A stretch of DNA of 64,000 bases from Elusimicrobiota bacterium (GTDB taxonomy: Bacteria; Elusimicrobiota; Elusimicrobia; UBA1565; UBA9628). The notes below the pieces were generated by a model. It did not search any database, had not been told where the DNA came from, and saw nothing but the letters and a program-made list of their open reading frames with translations. The translations under genes were made by a program, and so were the position numbers. The stretch is taken from the NCBI GenBank assembly GCA_041662295.1, contig JBAZSR010000002.1, positions 2,130-66,129 on the forward strand, given 5' to 3'. The first letter of the stretch is position 1, and the number at the start of each line of letters is the position of its first letter. Shown piece by piece: positions 20,072 to 29,951 of this stretch.

Positions 20072-20289
20072 ACTTTCCCTCCCTTCGATTCTGCCAATAC
20101 CTGATACACCCGGCGTGGCGTGATTCCGAGCAGGCTAGAGAGTTGATTGGCCGTCTTCCCTGCGGCGTGAAGGCGAAGGAGTTTTGCTTTGTCAATTCTG
20201 TCCCGCTTCGGAACATAGATTATTCGCCCTCCAGCCCTAGCCCTCAGCCTCGCCAAACACCTTTTGCATACGCAATCCATCAATGCCAT
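20068..20289 (-). CDS. Small HTH DNA-binding regulator (Mor-like)
   Basis: 73 aa. YVPKRDRIDKAKLLRLHAAGKTANQLSSLLGITPRRVYQVL. First gene of the minus-strand operon. Confidence 0.5.
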   Translation of the reverse strand: MALMDCVCKRCLARLRARAGGRIIYVPKRDRIDKAKLLRLHAAGKTANQLSSLLGITPRRVYQVLAESKGGKV

Positions 20290-20858
20290 ATATAACCTCC
20301 CAGGAAATAAAAATGGCCCGTCAATAGTTAGAACAACTCGTCGGAGCCTAGGTATACCTAGACCCTAACGGCTTTTCTTTCCTATCGACAAGCCTGGGTG
20401 GTTATCCGATGGACCGTCCGTATTGGGTTATCGGACTGAATTGTGCGGCCCCTTTCGGGGTTGTCCCACATCCAGCCCGGCCCACGGACTTCTTCGGGCC
20501 AACAGCACTTGCTTCATGTTCCTACACCATCCGCACATTGGGCCCTTGCGGGTTATCCTAGGGCGAAGCATGAACACGATGCCCCAATAACGGAGGGGCC
20601 TCCCGTTTGTGTCATCAACTCAAAGAACAGGGGAAACCTTCAATCAATTATACCAGTTCAACTTGCCTTACCACTGAAAAACCGCCGGGAAATCCTTTGA
20701 CCAGTTCTTCACCCCATGCAACAAACTATGCCAGCCGGAACCTCTCCCTCCCCTTTAGCTAAGCCCCTATGCAGTCCAACGACGAGCCTTACCGATGTCC
20801 CTAAAAAGCACCGTCAATTGCTTGACCCCTTTGAGGAACAAGTAATAGACTCATCCTG

Positions 20859-21248
20859 ATGACCAAATTAAATGCTACGCGTGGATTTCTTTTGGCTCTA
20901 GCCCTGGCACCCCTCGGCGGGTGCGCCACAACACCCAAGAGTAGCCCAGGCAATCTTACCCACGGCGGGGTCCAACTCTTTCTCAAGAAAGGCGTAACCA
21001 CGCAAGCAGAGGTCCTTGAGAAATTTGGTGCCCCAAACATCGCTACGGTTGATGGTGCGGGGCATGAAGTCTGGACCTACCAAAAGCACGCCTCTGTTTC
21101 CCATGAGTCTTCTGGGTATGCGACGATTGTCCTGTTTGGAGGGTCTTCCAGCGGTTTTGAACAATCGTCCCGCACGATGACATTGATTATTAAATTTAAC
21201 GACACAAAGGTCGTTTCAGATTTCAGCAGCATGTACTCTAGCTTCTAG
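20859..21248 (+). CDS. Lipoprotein (unknown function)
   Basis: Lipobox LGGC. 129 aa. AT-richer than the surroundings. Confidence 0.5.
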   Translation: MTKLNATRGFLLALALAPLGGCATTPKSSPGNLTHGGVQLFLKKGVTTQAEVLEKFGAPNIATVDGAGHEVWTYQKHASVSHESSGYATIVLFGGSSSGFEQSSRTMTLIIKFNDTKVVSDFSSMYSSF

Positions 21249-21256
21249 GAGCATTT

Positions 21257-21709
21257 ATGAAAAAATTCATTGCAGTACTCCTACTTGCAATTTTGTCTGG
21301 CTGTGCATCGGCTCCAAAATTGACCTCGCTTGAGTTGCAGGCGATTCAGAAACGACAATATGATTCATCGAAACAGATTGTTTTCGCATCCGCAATGTCG
21401 GTCTTTCAGGACCTGGGCTACACCATCAAGAGCGCGGATATACAAACTGGACTGATTCAAGCTCAGAGCCCGACGGAAAGCACCGTATTTTTCGGGTCCT
21501 ACATGAGCAATGTTGAGGCAACCGCTTTTGTTGAAGAACTATCACCCGCCAAATCAAGCATCCGCTTAAACTTTGTTCAGGTAAATGAATCCTCCTCTGG
21601 ATATGGAATGAAGTCCAAGTCGGACACCCCCATCGTGGACTCCAAGGTTTACCAAAACGCTTTCACAAAGATTCAAGAAGCGATTTTCATTCGCACGAAT
21701 ACTCAGTAA
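21257..21709 (+). CDS. Lipoprotein (unknown function)
   Basis: Lipobox LSGC. 150 aa. AT-rich codon usage. Confidence 0.55.
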   Translation: MKKFIAVLLLAILSGCASAPKLTSLELQAIQKRQYDSSKQIVFASAMSVFQDLGYTIKSADIQTGLIQAQSPTESTVFFGSYMSNVEATAFVEELSPAKSSIRLNFVQVNESSSGYGMKSKSDTPIVDSKVYQNAFTKIQEAIFIRTNTQ

Positions 21710-21741
21710 CCCCTCCCCCCTGACTAGCCTTCCCTAAAAAG

Positions 21742-22719
21742 CTAATCCAACCTGACTCGCTTCCTCTCGCCAGGGAGAGGCCCCATCTTATCCAATGGGC
21801 TAGCTCGACGGTGTTCTGTCAAAGCATCATCGTCGGTCATGTTGACATAGTTCCTCACCATGTCGAGGGAGGAATGCCCCAAGAGCTTTTGCAAGGCCAT
21901 GATGTCCCCCCCATTCCTGAGGAATTGGAGAGCAAAGAAGTGCCTCAACGCATGGGGAGAGAGCCTATCAGCGGCAATCCCTACCGTCCTGGTGTAGCGT
22001 TTCATCCTGTGGGCGAAGTGTGTCCGTTTCAGCGTCCTTCCAAAACGGTCAATCCATAGGCTATCGCATCCCTCGACGGTGCCCCTCTTTCGCATCCAGA
22101 GCATGAGGGCATGACGGGCAGTGCTCCCGAAGGCAATCCGGCGCTCCTTCCCTCCTTTCCCCATAACCGCGATGGTGTTGCTTCCCCAATCAATCTCGGA
22201 GAGCTTCACGGAAAGGGCCTCGCTGATTCTCAGCCCTGTATCGGCCAGAAACAGTATTAGGGAATGGTCCCGAAGGCCGAGAGCTTTGCCTGTGTCAATC
22301 ACTTCGAGGATACGCCTCAATTCCTCGACGGTGATAGGCTTTAGGAATCTCCGCTCCCGCCTGGGATGTTCTACCTTTTCCATCGGGTCGAGGATTATCA
22401 GCCCGTCCCGGTGTAGGAAGTGCCAGAAGGTTCTGAGTATCTTGAAGATACAGGCTACCGTCGTGGGTTTGTTGCCTCTCTCCTTACAGTGGTCGAGGAA
22501 GGCCCTCAGGTGTGGGGATTGAATCTCACCGGGCGAAAGGTTGCCATTCTCTGCTACCCAAGCCCGGAACAATCTCAACCGGACAGCATAGAGGTCGATA
22601 GTCGGCTGAGAAAGATTGAGGCTCTTGCACCGCAAGAGAAACATCCTCGCGGCAGTGTCCCAATTGAGGGTTTGCGGGGTAATGCTTGCGATATTCAACC
22701 TGTCCATGTGCTCCTCCAA
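21742..22719 (-). CDS. Tyrosine-type site-specific integrase/recombinase
   Basis: N-terminal core-binding (SAM-like) domain. The catalytic R...HALRH...LLGHSSLDMVRNY motifs with the Tyr nucleophile. 325 aa. Confidence 0.85.
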   Translation of the reverse strand: MEEHMDRLNIASITPQTLNWDTAARMFLLRCKSLNLSQPTIDLYAVRLRLFRAWVAENGNLSPGEIQSPHLRAFLDHCKERGNKPTTVACIFKILRTFWHFLHRDGLIILDPMEKVEHPRRERRFLKPITVEELRRILEVIDTGKALGLRDHSLILFLADTGLRISEALSVKLSEIDWGSNTIAVMGKGGKERRIAFGSTARHALMLWMRKRGTVEGCDSLWIDRFGRTLKRTHFAHRMKRYTRTVGIAADRLSPHALRHFFALQFLRNGGDIMALQKLLGHSSLDMVRNYVNMTDDDALTEHRRASPLDKMGPLPGERKRVRLD

Positions 22720-22823
22720 AACAGGTCGAGTATAGTGCTGTCATGGGCCCCAAAAGGCCCAGAAAAAGCACCTTCCAGACTTTACGCTAGGTGGGTTCTC
22801 CGACGGAGAGGACAGCGAGGAAT

Positions 22824-22895
22824 GGGCAGTATAGGATTTGAACCTATGACCCCTGTCGTGTGAGGACAGTGCTCTACCGCTGAGCTAACTGCCCG
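22824..22895 (-). tRNA. tRNA-Val (anticodon CAC), copy b
   Basis: Identical to copy a over the whole gene plus the GGC 5' flank. Confidence 0.9.
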
Positions 22896-22949
22896 GCAGA
22901 GGATATTCTACAACACTTTTCCGCTGGCCCCCAACCCGCACTAGGAAAG

Positions 22950-23405
22950 TCATGCCGGACCGGAGGAACAGCGCCGGTAGAGGCCGTTCTTGCGGACCAT
23001 CAGCTTGTTGATGATGAATTCGCGGCGCAGGGTGCAGACGTCCTCGTGGAACCGGCGGAGGGTGTCGTTGACCTCGGCTTCGGTGTAGACCCTCCCTTGA
23101 AGGAAATTCGAGGCCAGCCGCTCGAGGACGAGGAGGCGCTTGCCCCGCTTGGCCGGGATGCTGACGAGCCTCCCGTCCGCGCTGAAAAAACTCTGGAGTA
23201 CGCGGTCCTGATCGCTGAGCCGGTTCGAATGCCGCTCAAGCCACTCGCGCACCGAGGCCTCCTCGACCCGCCAGTCCTTGCCGAGCTTGTACGCCTTGAT
23301 CTCCCCGCTTTGGAGCTTGCGCAGCACGACCTGAGTGTTCATCCGGAGGATCTCGGCCACTTCCGCGGCTGTCAGCAGCTTGAGGTCTCTGATCTCGCTC
23401 TTCAT
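22950..23405 (-). CDS. DNA-binding protein: excisionase/MerR-type HTH plus DUF2087-like C-terminal domain
   Basis: The N-terminus LLTAAEVAEILRMNTQVVLRKLQSGEIKAYKLGKDWRV matches excisionase/MerR-type HTHs. 151 aa. Confidence 0.5.
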   Translation of the reverse strand: MKSEIRDLKLLTAAEVAEILRMNTQVVLRKLQSGEIKAYKLGKDWRVEEASVREWLERHSNRLSDQDRVLQSFFSADGRLVSIPAKRGKRLLVLERLASNFLQGRVYTEAEVNDTLRRFHEDVCTLRREFIINKLMVRKNGLYRRCSSGPA

Positions 23406-23520
23406 ATTGTGTACTTTTATGTACTTTAAGATACTTTACAATATACCGGCGCCCCAATCAAGGGCGCCCGGCGCACCCAAGAGCCTCTTTTCGCGTCCAA
23501 AGGGCAGTAGGGAAACGACC

Positions 23521-24432
23521 ATGCCCCCCCGCCTTGGACTGTGCTGTCTCTTCATGGCCGAGCCCATCCGCTACCGCACGACCAGGGCCACGATCCTGAA
23601 ACGATTCCTTAAGAAGGAACGCTTGGCCAAGGCCTCGGCGCTGTGCCTCCATAATATGGAAAGCCTCAAGGCCTCCATCGAGGCGGTGGTCAGGCTGGGG
23701 ATCGGCGCCTTCCGCGTCCAGAGCGGACTTTTTCCAAGGGCGACCCACCCCGAGGTAGGCTACGCCCTCTCCGACCTGTTGGACAAGGAACGCATCCTAG
23801 CGCTCGCCAGAGAGGTCCGGAGCCTCGCCAAGAAACACGGAGTTCGGCTGAGCCTGCACCCGGACCAGTTCGTGAGCCTCTCCTCAGCCAAGCCCGCGGT
23901 GACGGACTCCTCCGTCCGGGAACTCGAGTTCCAGGGCCTCCTGGCCGAACTCATCGGAGCCGAGACCATCACCCTGCACGGAGGCGGGGCCGAAGGAGGC
24001 AAGGAAGCGGCGCTCGCCCGACTCCGGAAAGGCTTCGGGAGGCTCTCCCGCCGGGTGAGGAGGCGCCTTGCCCTCGAGAATGACGACCGGGTCTACACGC
24101 CGAGCGACCTTCTCCCCCTCTGCCGCAAGCTCGGCATCCCCATGGTCTACGACTGCCACCACCACCGCTGCCTGCCGGACGGCCTGAGCCTTCCGGAAGC
24201 TTCCCGGGCCGCTGCCGCGACCTGGAGGCGGCTCTCCCGAGAGCCCTATTTCCACGTCTCCTCGCCGAAATACGGCTGGAACGGCCGGGACCCCAGGCCG
24301 CACAGCGACTACATCGACCCCTTGGACTTCCCCAAGGCCTGGCTGGCCGGCCGGCTGACCGTGGACGTGGAGGCCAAGGCCAAGGAACTGGCCGTGCTGG
24401 CCCTCCGGGAGAGGCTGCCGAGCTCCCGTTGA
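23521..24432 (+). CDS. uvsE: UV DNA damage endonuclease UvsE/UVDE
   Basis: ITLHGGG, LALENDDRVYT and VYDCHHH motifs. The start was moved to MPPRLGL. Confidence 0.75.
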   Translation: MPPRLGLCCLFMAEPIRYRTTRATILKRFLKKERLAKASALCLHNMESLKASIEAVVRLGIGAFRVQSGLFPRATHPEVGYALSDLLDKERILALAREVRSLAKKHGVRLSLHPDQFVSLSSAKPAVTDSSVRELEFQGLLAELIGAETITLHGGGAEGGKEAALARLRKGFGRLSRRVRRRLALENDDRVYTPSDLLPLCRKLGIPMVYDCHHHRCLPDGLSLPEASRAAAATWRRLSREPYFHVSSPKYGWNGRDPRPHSDYIDPLDFPKAWLAGRLTVDVEAKAKELAVLALRERLPSSR

Positions 24433-24551
24433 CTCGGAAGGGGTCATTTTTCTATACTGACCATGCTCTCCGTTGTACCGTAGGGAATCCCCAAAAGGCT
24501 CCTACTGAAGAAGCGGTATGCACGGAAGGCGGGACGCCGTCGCGTCAAGCT

Positions 24552-24623
24552 GCGGGCGTAGTTCAATGGTAGAACACAAGCCTTCCAAGCTTGATACGTG
24601 GGTTCGATTCCCATCGCCCGCTC
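24552..24623 (+). tRNA. tRNA-Gly (anticodon TCC)
   Basis: Cloverleaf: GCGGGCG-TA-GTTC-AATGGTA-GAAC-A-CAAGC-CTTCCAA-GCTTG-ATAC-GTGGG-TTCGATT-CCCAT-CGCCCGC. Confidence 0.9.
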
Positions 24624-24653
24624 GGGACGCAGCGGCACGCTGAGAGGCTTTGC

Positions 24654-24726
24654 GCCCACGTAGCTCAGTCGGCAGAGCATCTCCATGGTAAGGAGAAGGT
24701 CGGCGGTTCGATTCCGCCCGTGGGCT
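24654..24726 (+). tRNA. tRNA-Thr (anticodon GGT)
   Basis: Cloverleaf: GCCCACG-TA-GCTC-AGTCGGCA-GAGC-A-TCTCC-ATGGTAA-GGAGA-AGGTC-GGCGG-TTCGATT-CCGCC-CGTGGGC-T. Confidence 0.9.
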
Positions 24727-24806
24727 GACTCAGCCCGCCTTGAAAGGGCCGTTTTGTAGTAGAATGGACTGCCTCACCAGAACTTCGATAAGGAGAGTAC
24801 AGGATC

Positions 24807-25994
<1,188 letters not shown>

Positions 25995-25998
25995 CCGG

Positions 25999-26151
25999 AT
26001 GGGAGACCGCGTCGTCGTCACGCTCGGCTGTACCGTGTGCAAGAACAAGAATTATCATTTCCAGCACGGCAAGAAGAAGGAGTACAAGGTCGAAGTCAAG
26101 AAGTTCTGCCGGTGCTGCGGCAAGCAGACGGCCCATAAGGAAGTGAAGTAG
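25999..26151 (+). CDS. rpmG: 50S ribosomal protein L33
   Basis: MGDRVVVTLGCTVCKNKNYHFQHGKKKEYKVEVKKFCRCCGKQTAHKEVK, a zinc-ribbon L33. Not in the ORF track because it is shorter than 60 aa. Confidence 0.85.
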   Translation: MGDRVVVTLGCTVCKNKNYHFQHGKKKEYKVEVKKFCRCCGKQTAHKEVK

Positions 26152-26246
26152 CTGTCCGGGGCGGGCCCCGCCCGCCCCGGGCCGTCTTCACTCGGTTCCT
26201 TTAAATAGATCTGCGCGCGAGAGCTGGAGGCTTTCGCTTGCCACGA

Positions 26247-26317
26247 GGGGGTGTCGGTTAATGGCAAACCACCGGTCTCCAAAACCGGGACTCCAGGTTC
26301 AAGTCCTGGCGCCCCCG
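26247..26317 (+). tRNA. tRNA-Trp (anticodon CCA)
   Basis: Cloverleaf with anticodon loop CTCCAAA and T-arm CCAGG-TTCAAGT-CCTGG. Confidence 0.85.
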
Positions 26318-26340
26318 CGCGCGCAAGCTCGGAGTCAATC

Positions 26341-26526
26341 ATGAACGCAGTGACGCAATTCGTGCAGGAAGCGTACAACGAGCTCAAGAAGACCACCTGG
26401 CTCACCAGGCAGGAGGCCGTGGGGTCTTCCGTCGCCGTGGTCATCCTGGTCGCCATCGTCGCGGCCTACGTCTCCACGGTCGACTTCCTGCTGTCCATCA
26501 TTCTCGGGGCGGTCTTGGGCCGCTAG
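26341..26526 (+). CDS. secE: Preprotein translocase subunit SecE
   Basis: 61 aa with a single TM segment. Conserved position between tRNA-Trp and nusG. Confidence 0.8.
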   Translation: MNAVTQFVQEAYNELKKTTWLTRQEAVGSSVAVVILVAIVAAYVSTVDFLLSIILGAVLGR

Positions 26527-26540
26527 GAGGCCATCAATCC

Positions 26541-27071
26541 ATGGAGCGCAGCTGGTACGTGGTGCACACTCAGCCCGGCTACGAGGACCGGGTCAAGACC
26601 CTTTTGGAACAGCGGATCGCCGCCGATCGCCTCCAGGAGAAGATCTTCTCCGTGTTCGTGCCGACCGAGGACGTCGTCGAGGTCAAGCGCAACAAGAAGA
26701 AGGTCTCCAAGCGCAAGTTCTTCCCCGGCTACGTCCTGCTGGACATGAAGGTCGACGAGACCACCTACTGGATGGTCAAGGGCGTCCCCGGGGTCAACGG
26801 CTTCCTCGGCGAGCCCCACCCGACCCCCCTGCCCGAGGAGGAGATCAAGTCCATCCTCGAGCTCACCACCGAGTCCGCGGCGAACAAGCCCCGGCCCGCG
26901 GTCCAGTTCGAGAAGGGCGAGAGCGTGCGCATCATCGAGGGCCCCTTCCGCCACTTCGTCGGCATCGTCGAGGAGGTCAACGAGCCCCGGGCCAAGATCA
27001 AGGCCATGGTCACCATCTTCGGCCGGCCCACGCCGGTCGAGCTCGACTTCCTCCAGGTGGAGAAGATCTGA
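26541..27071 (+). CDS. nusG: Transcription termination/antitermination factor NusG
   Basis: N-terminal NGN domain ([11 protein letters not shown]) and a KOW domain ([24 protein letters not shown]). Confidence 0.95.
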   Translation: MERSWYVVHTQPGYEDRVKTLLEQRIAADRLQEKIFSVFVPTEDVVEVKRNKKKVSKRKFFPGYVLLDMKVDETTYWMVKGVPGVNGFLGEPHPTPLPEEEIKSILELTTESAANKPRPAVQFEKGESVRIIEGPFRHFVGIVEEVNEPRAKIKAMVTIFGRPTPVELDFLQVEKI

Positions 27072-27411
27072 TGCCGACCCCCGTGCAGGCGCCCCACCGC
27101 GACGACGTCGAGCAGCCGGGCGCCGCCGCGTTCTCGATCCACATCGACCACGGCCGGGGCTTGGGGCTGCTGGGCGCGGTGCTCGCCTGCGCCACGGCGA
27201 TGGCGGCGCTGGTCTTCGGCGCCCTGGCCATGTTCGTCACCCCGCTGATCGCGGGCGCCGTGACCACCCTGCTCTGGCCCGTGATCTTCTCCCAGCAGTT
27301 CACGTCGTGGGTCTTCGGGACGCCGTACCTGCCGTTCTGGAAGGCCTTCCTGCTTTTCGTTCTGGTCGGAGCCGTCGTCCGATTCCACAAGTGGTCCACC
27401 TCAGGAGACAT

Positions 27412-27840
27412 ATGGCGAAGAAAGTAAAAACACAGATCAAACTTCAGATCCCCGCCGGCGCCGCGAACCCCGCGCCTCCGGTCGGCCCCGCGCTCGGGCA
27501 GCACGGCGTCAACATCATGGACTTCTGCCGGCGCTTCAACGACGAGACGCGCAAGGAGGAGGCCGGGATGACCATCCCCGTGGTCATCACCGTCTACGAA
27601 GACCGCTCCTTCAGCTTCATCACCAAGAAGCCGCCCGTCTCCTCCCTGCTCAAGCGCGCCGCGGGCCTCGCCAAGGCCTCCGGCGAGCCCAACCGCAACA
27701 AGGTGGGCAAGATCACCGTCCAGCAGGCAGAAGACATCGCCCGGCTCAAGATGCCGGACCTCAACACCAAGGACCTCAAAGCCGCCCTCCAGATGGTCCG
27801 CGGCACCGCCCGCTCCATGGGCATCGAGATCGAGGGCTGA
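27412..27840 (+). CDS. rplK: 50S ribosomal protein L11
   Basis: [48 protein letters not shown]. Confidence 0.95.
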   Translation: MAKKVKTQIKLQIPAGAANPAPPVGPALGQHGVNIMDFCRRFNDETRKEEAGMTIPVVITVYEDRSFSFITKKPPVSSLLKRAAGLAKASGEPNRNKVGKITVQQAEDIARLKMPDLNTKDLKAALQMVRGTARSMGIEIEG

Positions 27841-27850
27841 GGATACAACA

Positions 27851-28534
27851 ATGGGAAAGAGAACGCAGGCCGTCACGAAGACATTCGACGCGATGAAGCT
27901 CCACACCCTCGCCGAGGGCGCGGCCGTGGTCAAGAAGTGCGCCACCGCCAAGTTCGACGAGACCATCGAGCTCCACGTCCACCTCGGCGTGGACCCCAAG
28001 CAGTCCGACCAGCAGGTCCGCGGCACGGTCAGCCTGCCGCACGGCCTGGGCAAGACCAAGAAGATCGCGGTCGTGGCCAAAGGCGACAAGCAGCGCGACG
28101 CCCAGGCCGCCGGCGCGGACCTCGTGGGCGCCGAGGACCTCATCGAGCAGATCTCCAGAGGCGTGCTCGACTTCGAGGTGCTCGTGGCGACCCCCGACAT
28201 GATGAAGGACCTCGCCAAGCTCGGCAAGGTGCTCGGCCCAAAGGGCCTCATGCCCAACCCCAAAAGCGGCACCGTCACCATGGACATCGCCAAGGCCGTC
28301 AAGGAGCTCAAGGCCGGCCGCGTCGAGTACAAGGTCGACGAGTTCGGCAACATCCACTGCCCCATCGGCAAGGCATCCTTCGACGCCGCGAAGATCGCCG
28401 GCAACGCCAAGTCCGTGCTCGACGCCATCATCAAGGCCCGCCCCTCCTCCGCGAAGGGCATCTACATGATGAGCGTGACGCTGTCCTCCACCATGGGCCC
28501 CGGGGTCAAGCTCGACCCCAACGAGAAGCACTGA
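27851..28534 (+). CDS. rplA: 50S ribosomal protein L1
   Basis: 227 aa. Typical L1 sequence (…GPKGLMPNPKSGTVT…). Confidence 0.95.
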   Translation: MGKRTQAVTKTFDAMKLHTLAEGAAVVKKCATAKFDETIELHVHLGVDPKQSDQQVRGTVSLPHGLGKTKKIAVVAKGDKQRDAQAAGADLVGAEDLIEQISRGVLDFEVLVATPDMMKDLAKLGKVLGPKGLMPNPKSGTVTMDIAKAVKELKAGRVEYKVDEFGNIHCPIGKASFDAAKIAGNAKSVLDAIIKARPSSAKGIYMMSVTLSSTMGPGVKLDPNEKH

Positions 28535-28565
28535 CCTGCGCAGGTCGACCGAACGGCCCGCGGCC

Positions 28566-29921
28566 TTACGCCGCGGGCCTTCGCTTTGGGAGGAGCCCCG
28601 GCCCTGAGGCGATGGACGCCAGCTCACACGCCAGGATCCCGGCCTGATTCTCGCGCGTATACTTGGCGATCTCCCCAGGAATTCGGCCGGGGGTAGGGGA
28701 ATTTCCTTCCGCGAACGCCTTGTACGTCCTGACGATGACATCTTGGATATCCGCCACGCTGGAGACCACGACCCCCATCCCGGTCTCGCGAAGGACCAGG
28801 TCCATGGCGCCCCCCTTTTTTCCTATGGCCAGGATGGGGCGCGTTGAAGCCAGGTACTCGAAGAACTTGCCCGGAAATCCTCCGCCGGAGCCCGGGGTGT
28901 TCCAGTTGATGACCAGGAGCAGATGCGCCCGCCTTTGAAGGCGGACCGCCTCGGCCTGCGGCACGGGCCCATGGCACTCAACCAAGTCCGCCACGCCCGA
29001 TTCCCGCGCCATCTCCTCCGTCCGGTCATGGTCGGGCCCGTAGAAAACGACCCGGAGCCCTCCAGGGAGACGGCGCCCCTCCCGCAGGTCCCGGACCGCC
29101 TCGAAGAGGTCACGCGGATCGATCTTGCCTGGATAAAGCATCCCGGTGAACAGGATGGTGAACCGCTCGAAGAGCGGCAGGGGCTCCGACTGGCAGTCGG
29201 GCTCGAAGCCATTGGAGACCACGAAGACGGGCTTGCGATGAACGAGCCTCAAATACTCCGCCAGGGGCTCCGAGACCGTGCACAGCGCGGAGGCCCTCCT
29301 CACGACCCTGGCCTCGACCACCTCCCTCATCCGCTGGAGCCAGGGACTCTGCTCTATCAGAGGGTTGCCGCTCCACAGGTCGCGGAAATCCGCGACCCAG
29401 GGGACCCCGAGGGCCTTCTGGACCGAGCTGGCCAGAAGGTGCGATGAGAACGGCGCCGAACTCGACAGGATGACATCAGGCTGGATGGATCGGGCGAATC
29501 GGATAGCCTGCCTCCGGCCAAGGACGGCCCAGGGCCACGCGGAGTCGGGGAACGCCAGCAGGCCGTCGTAGAGAGCCATCCCCGCCCTGAGCGGAGAAAA
29601 CCCTCCCGCCCGGGCCGCCCGCATCCTTGTCACGCCTCCAGCCCGGAAGGCGTTCCCAAGGAGCCGCGGGATGGCCCGGCTGAGGTCGAATCCAGCGGTC
29701 CTGCACACCGCTGCGGCGGACTCGTCCGCCGGAGCCTCCCCGTCAGAGGGCACCCAGGCGCTCGGACGCACCGAGACCACGTAGGGCTCCCAGCCCTTCT
29801 TGGGGAGGTGCCTGACGAAAGAGACGACCCGGGCCGTACCGATCGCGTTGATCGGGGGATACATGTAGCTGACGATCAATATCCTGCGCCCGGGAGATGC
29901 CGCCATGGATCCACGCCGCAC
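28566..29921 (-). CDS. Glycosyltransferase family 4
   Basis: GT-B fold. Motifs ILFTGMLYPGK and EYLASTRPILA. The start may be the internal MAASPG. Confidence 0.75.
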   Translation of the reverse strand: MRRGSMAASPGRRILIVSYMYPPINAIGTARVVSFVRHLPKKGWEPYVVSVRPSAWVPSDGEAPADESAAAVCRTAGFDLSRAIPRLLGNAFRAGGVTRMRAARAGGFSPLRAGMALYDGLLAFPDSAWPWAVLGRRQAIRFARSIQPDVILSSSAPFSSHLLASSVQKALGVPWVADFRDLWSGNPLIEQSPWLQRMREVVEARVVRRASALCTVSEPLAEYLRLVHRKPVFVVSNGFEPDCQSEPLPLFERFTILFTGMLYPGKIDPRDLFEAVRDLREGRRLPGGLRVVFYGPDHDRTEEMARESGVADLVECHGPVPQAEAVRLQRRAHLLLVINWNTPGSGGGFPGKFFEYLASTRPILAIGKKGGAMDLVLRETGMGVVVSSVADIQDVIVRTYKAFAEGNSPTPGRIPGEIAKYTRENQAGILACELASIASGPGLLPKRRPAA

Positions 29922-29951
29922 GTTGGCGAGATGCTACCATATGTCGGAATG

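Larger units (their letters stand above)
17119..22823. mobile_element. Integrative element (about 5.7 kb) bounded by two identical tRNA-Val(CAC) copies, with the integrase at its right end
   Basis: A 75-bp identical direct repeat (each a complete tRNA) at both ends. A tyrosine recombinase sits next to the 3' end of tRNA copy b. Interior GC is markedly lower than the flanks. Confidence 0.6.

Noticed and set aside
17047-22895. Interpretation of the two tRNA-Val copies as a simple tandem tRNA gene duplication
   Set aside because: Not fully rejected. It is considered less likely because the intervening 5.7 kb is low-GC, begins next to a tyrosine integrase and contains phage-like genes. The integration-hotspot interpretation is preferred.
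27010-28461. 483-aa and 321-aa minus-strand ORFs across rplK-rplA
   Set aside because: They are antisense to universally conserved ribosomal protein genes.
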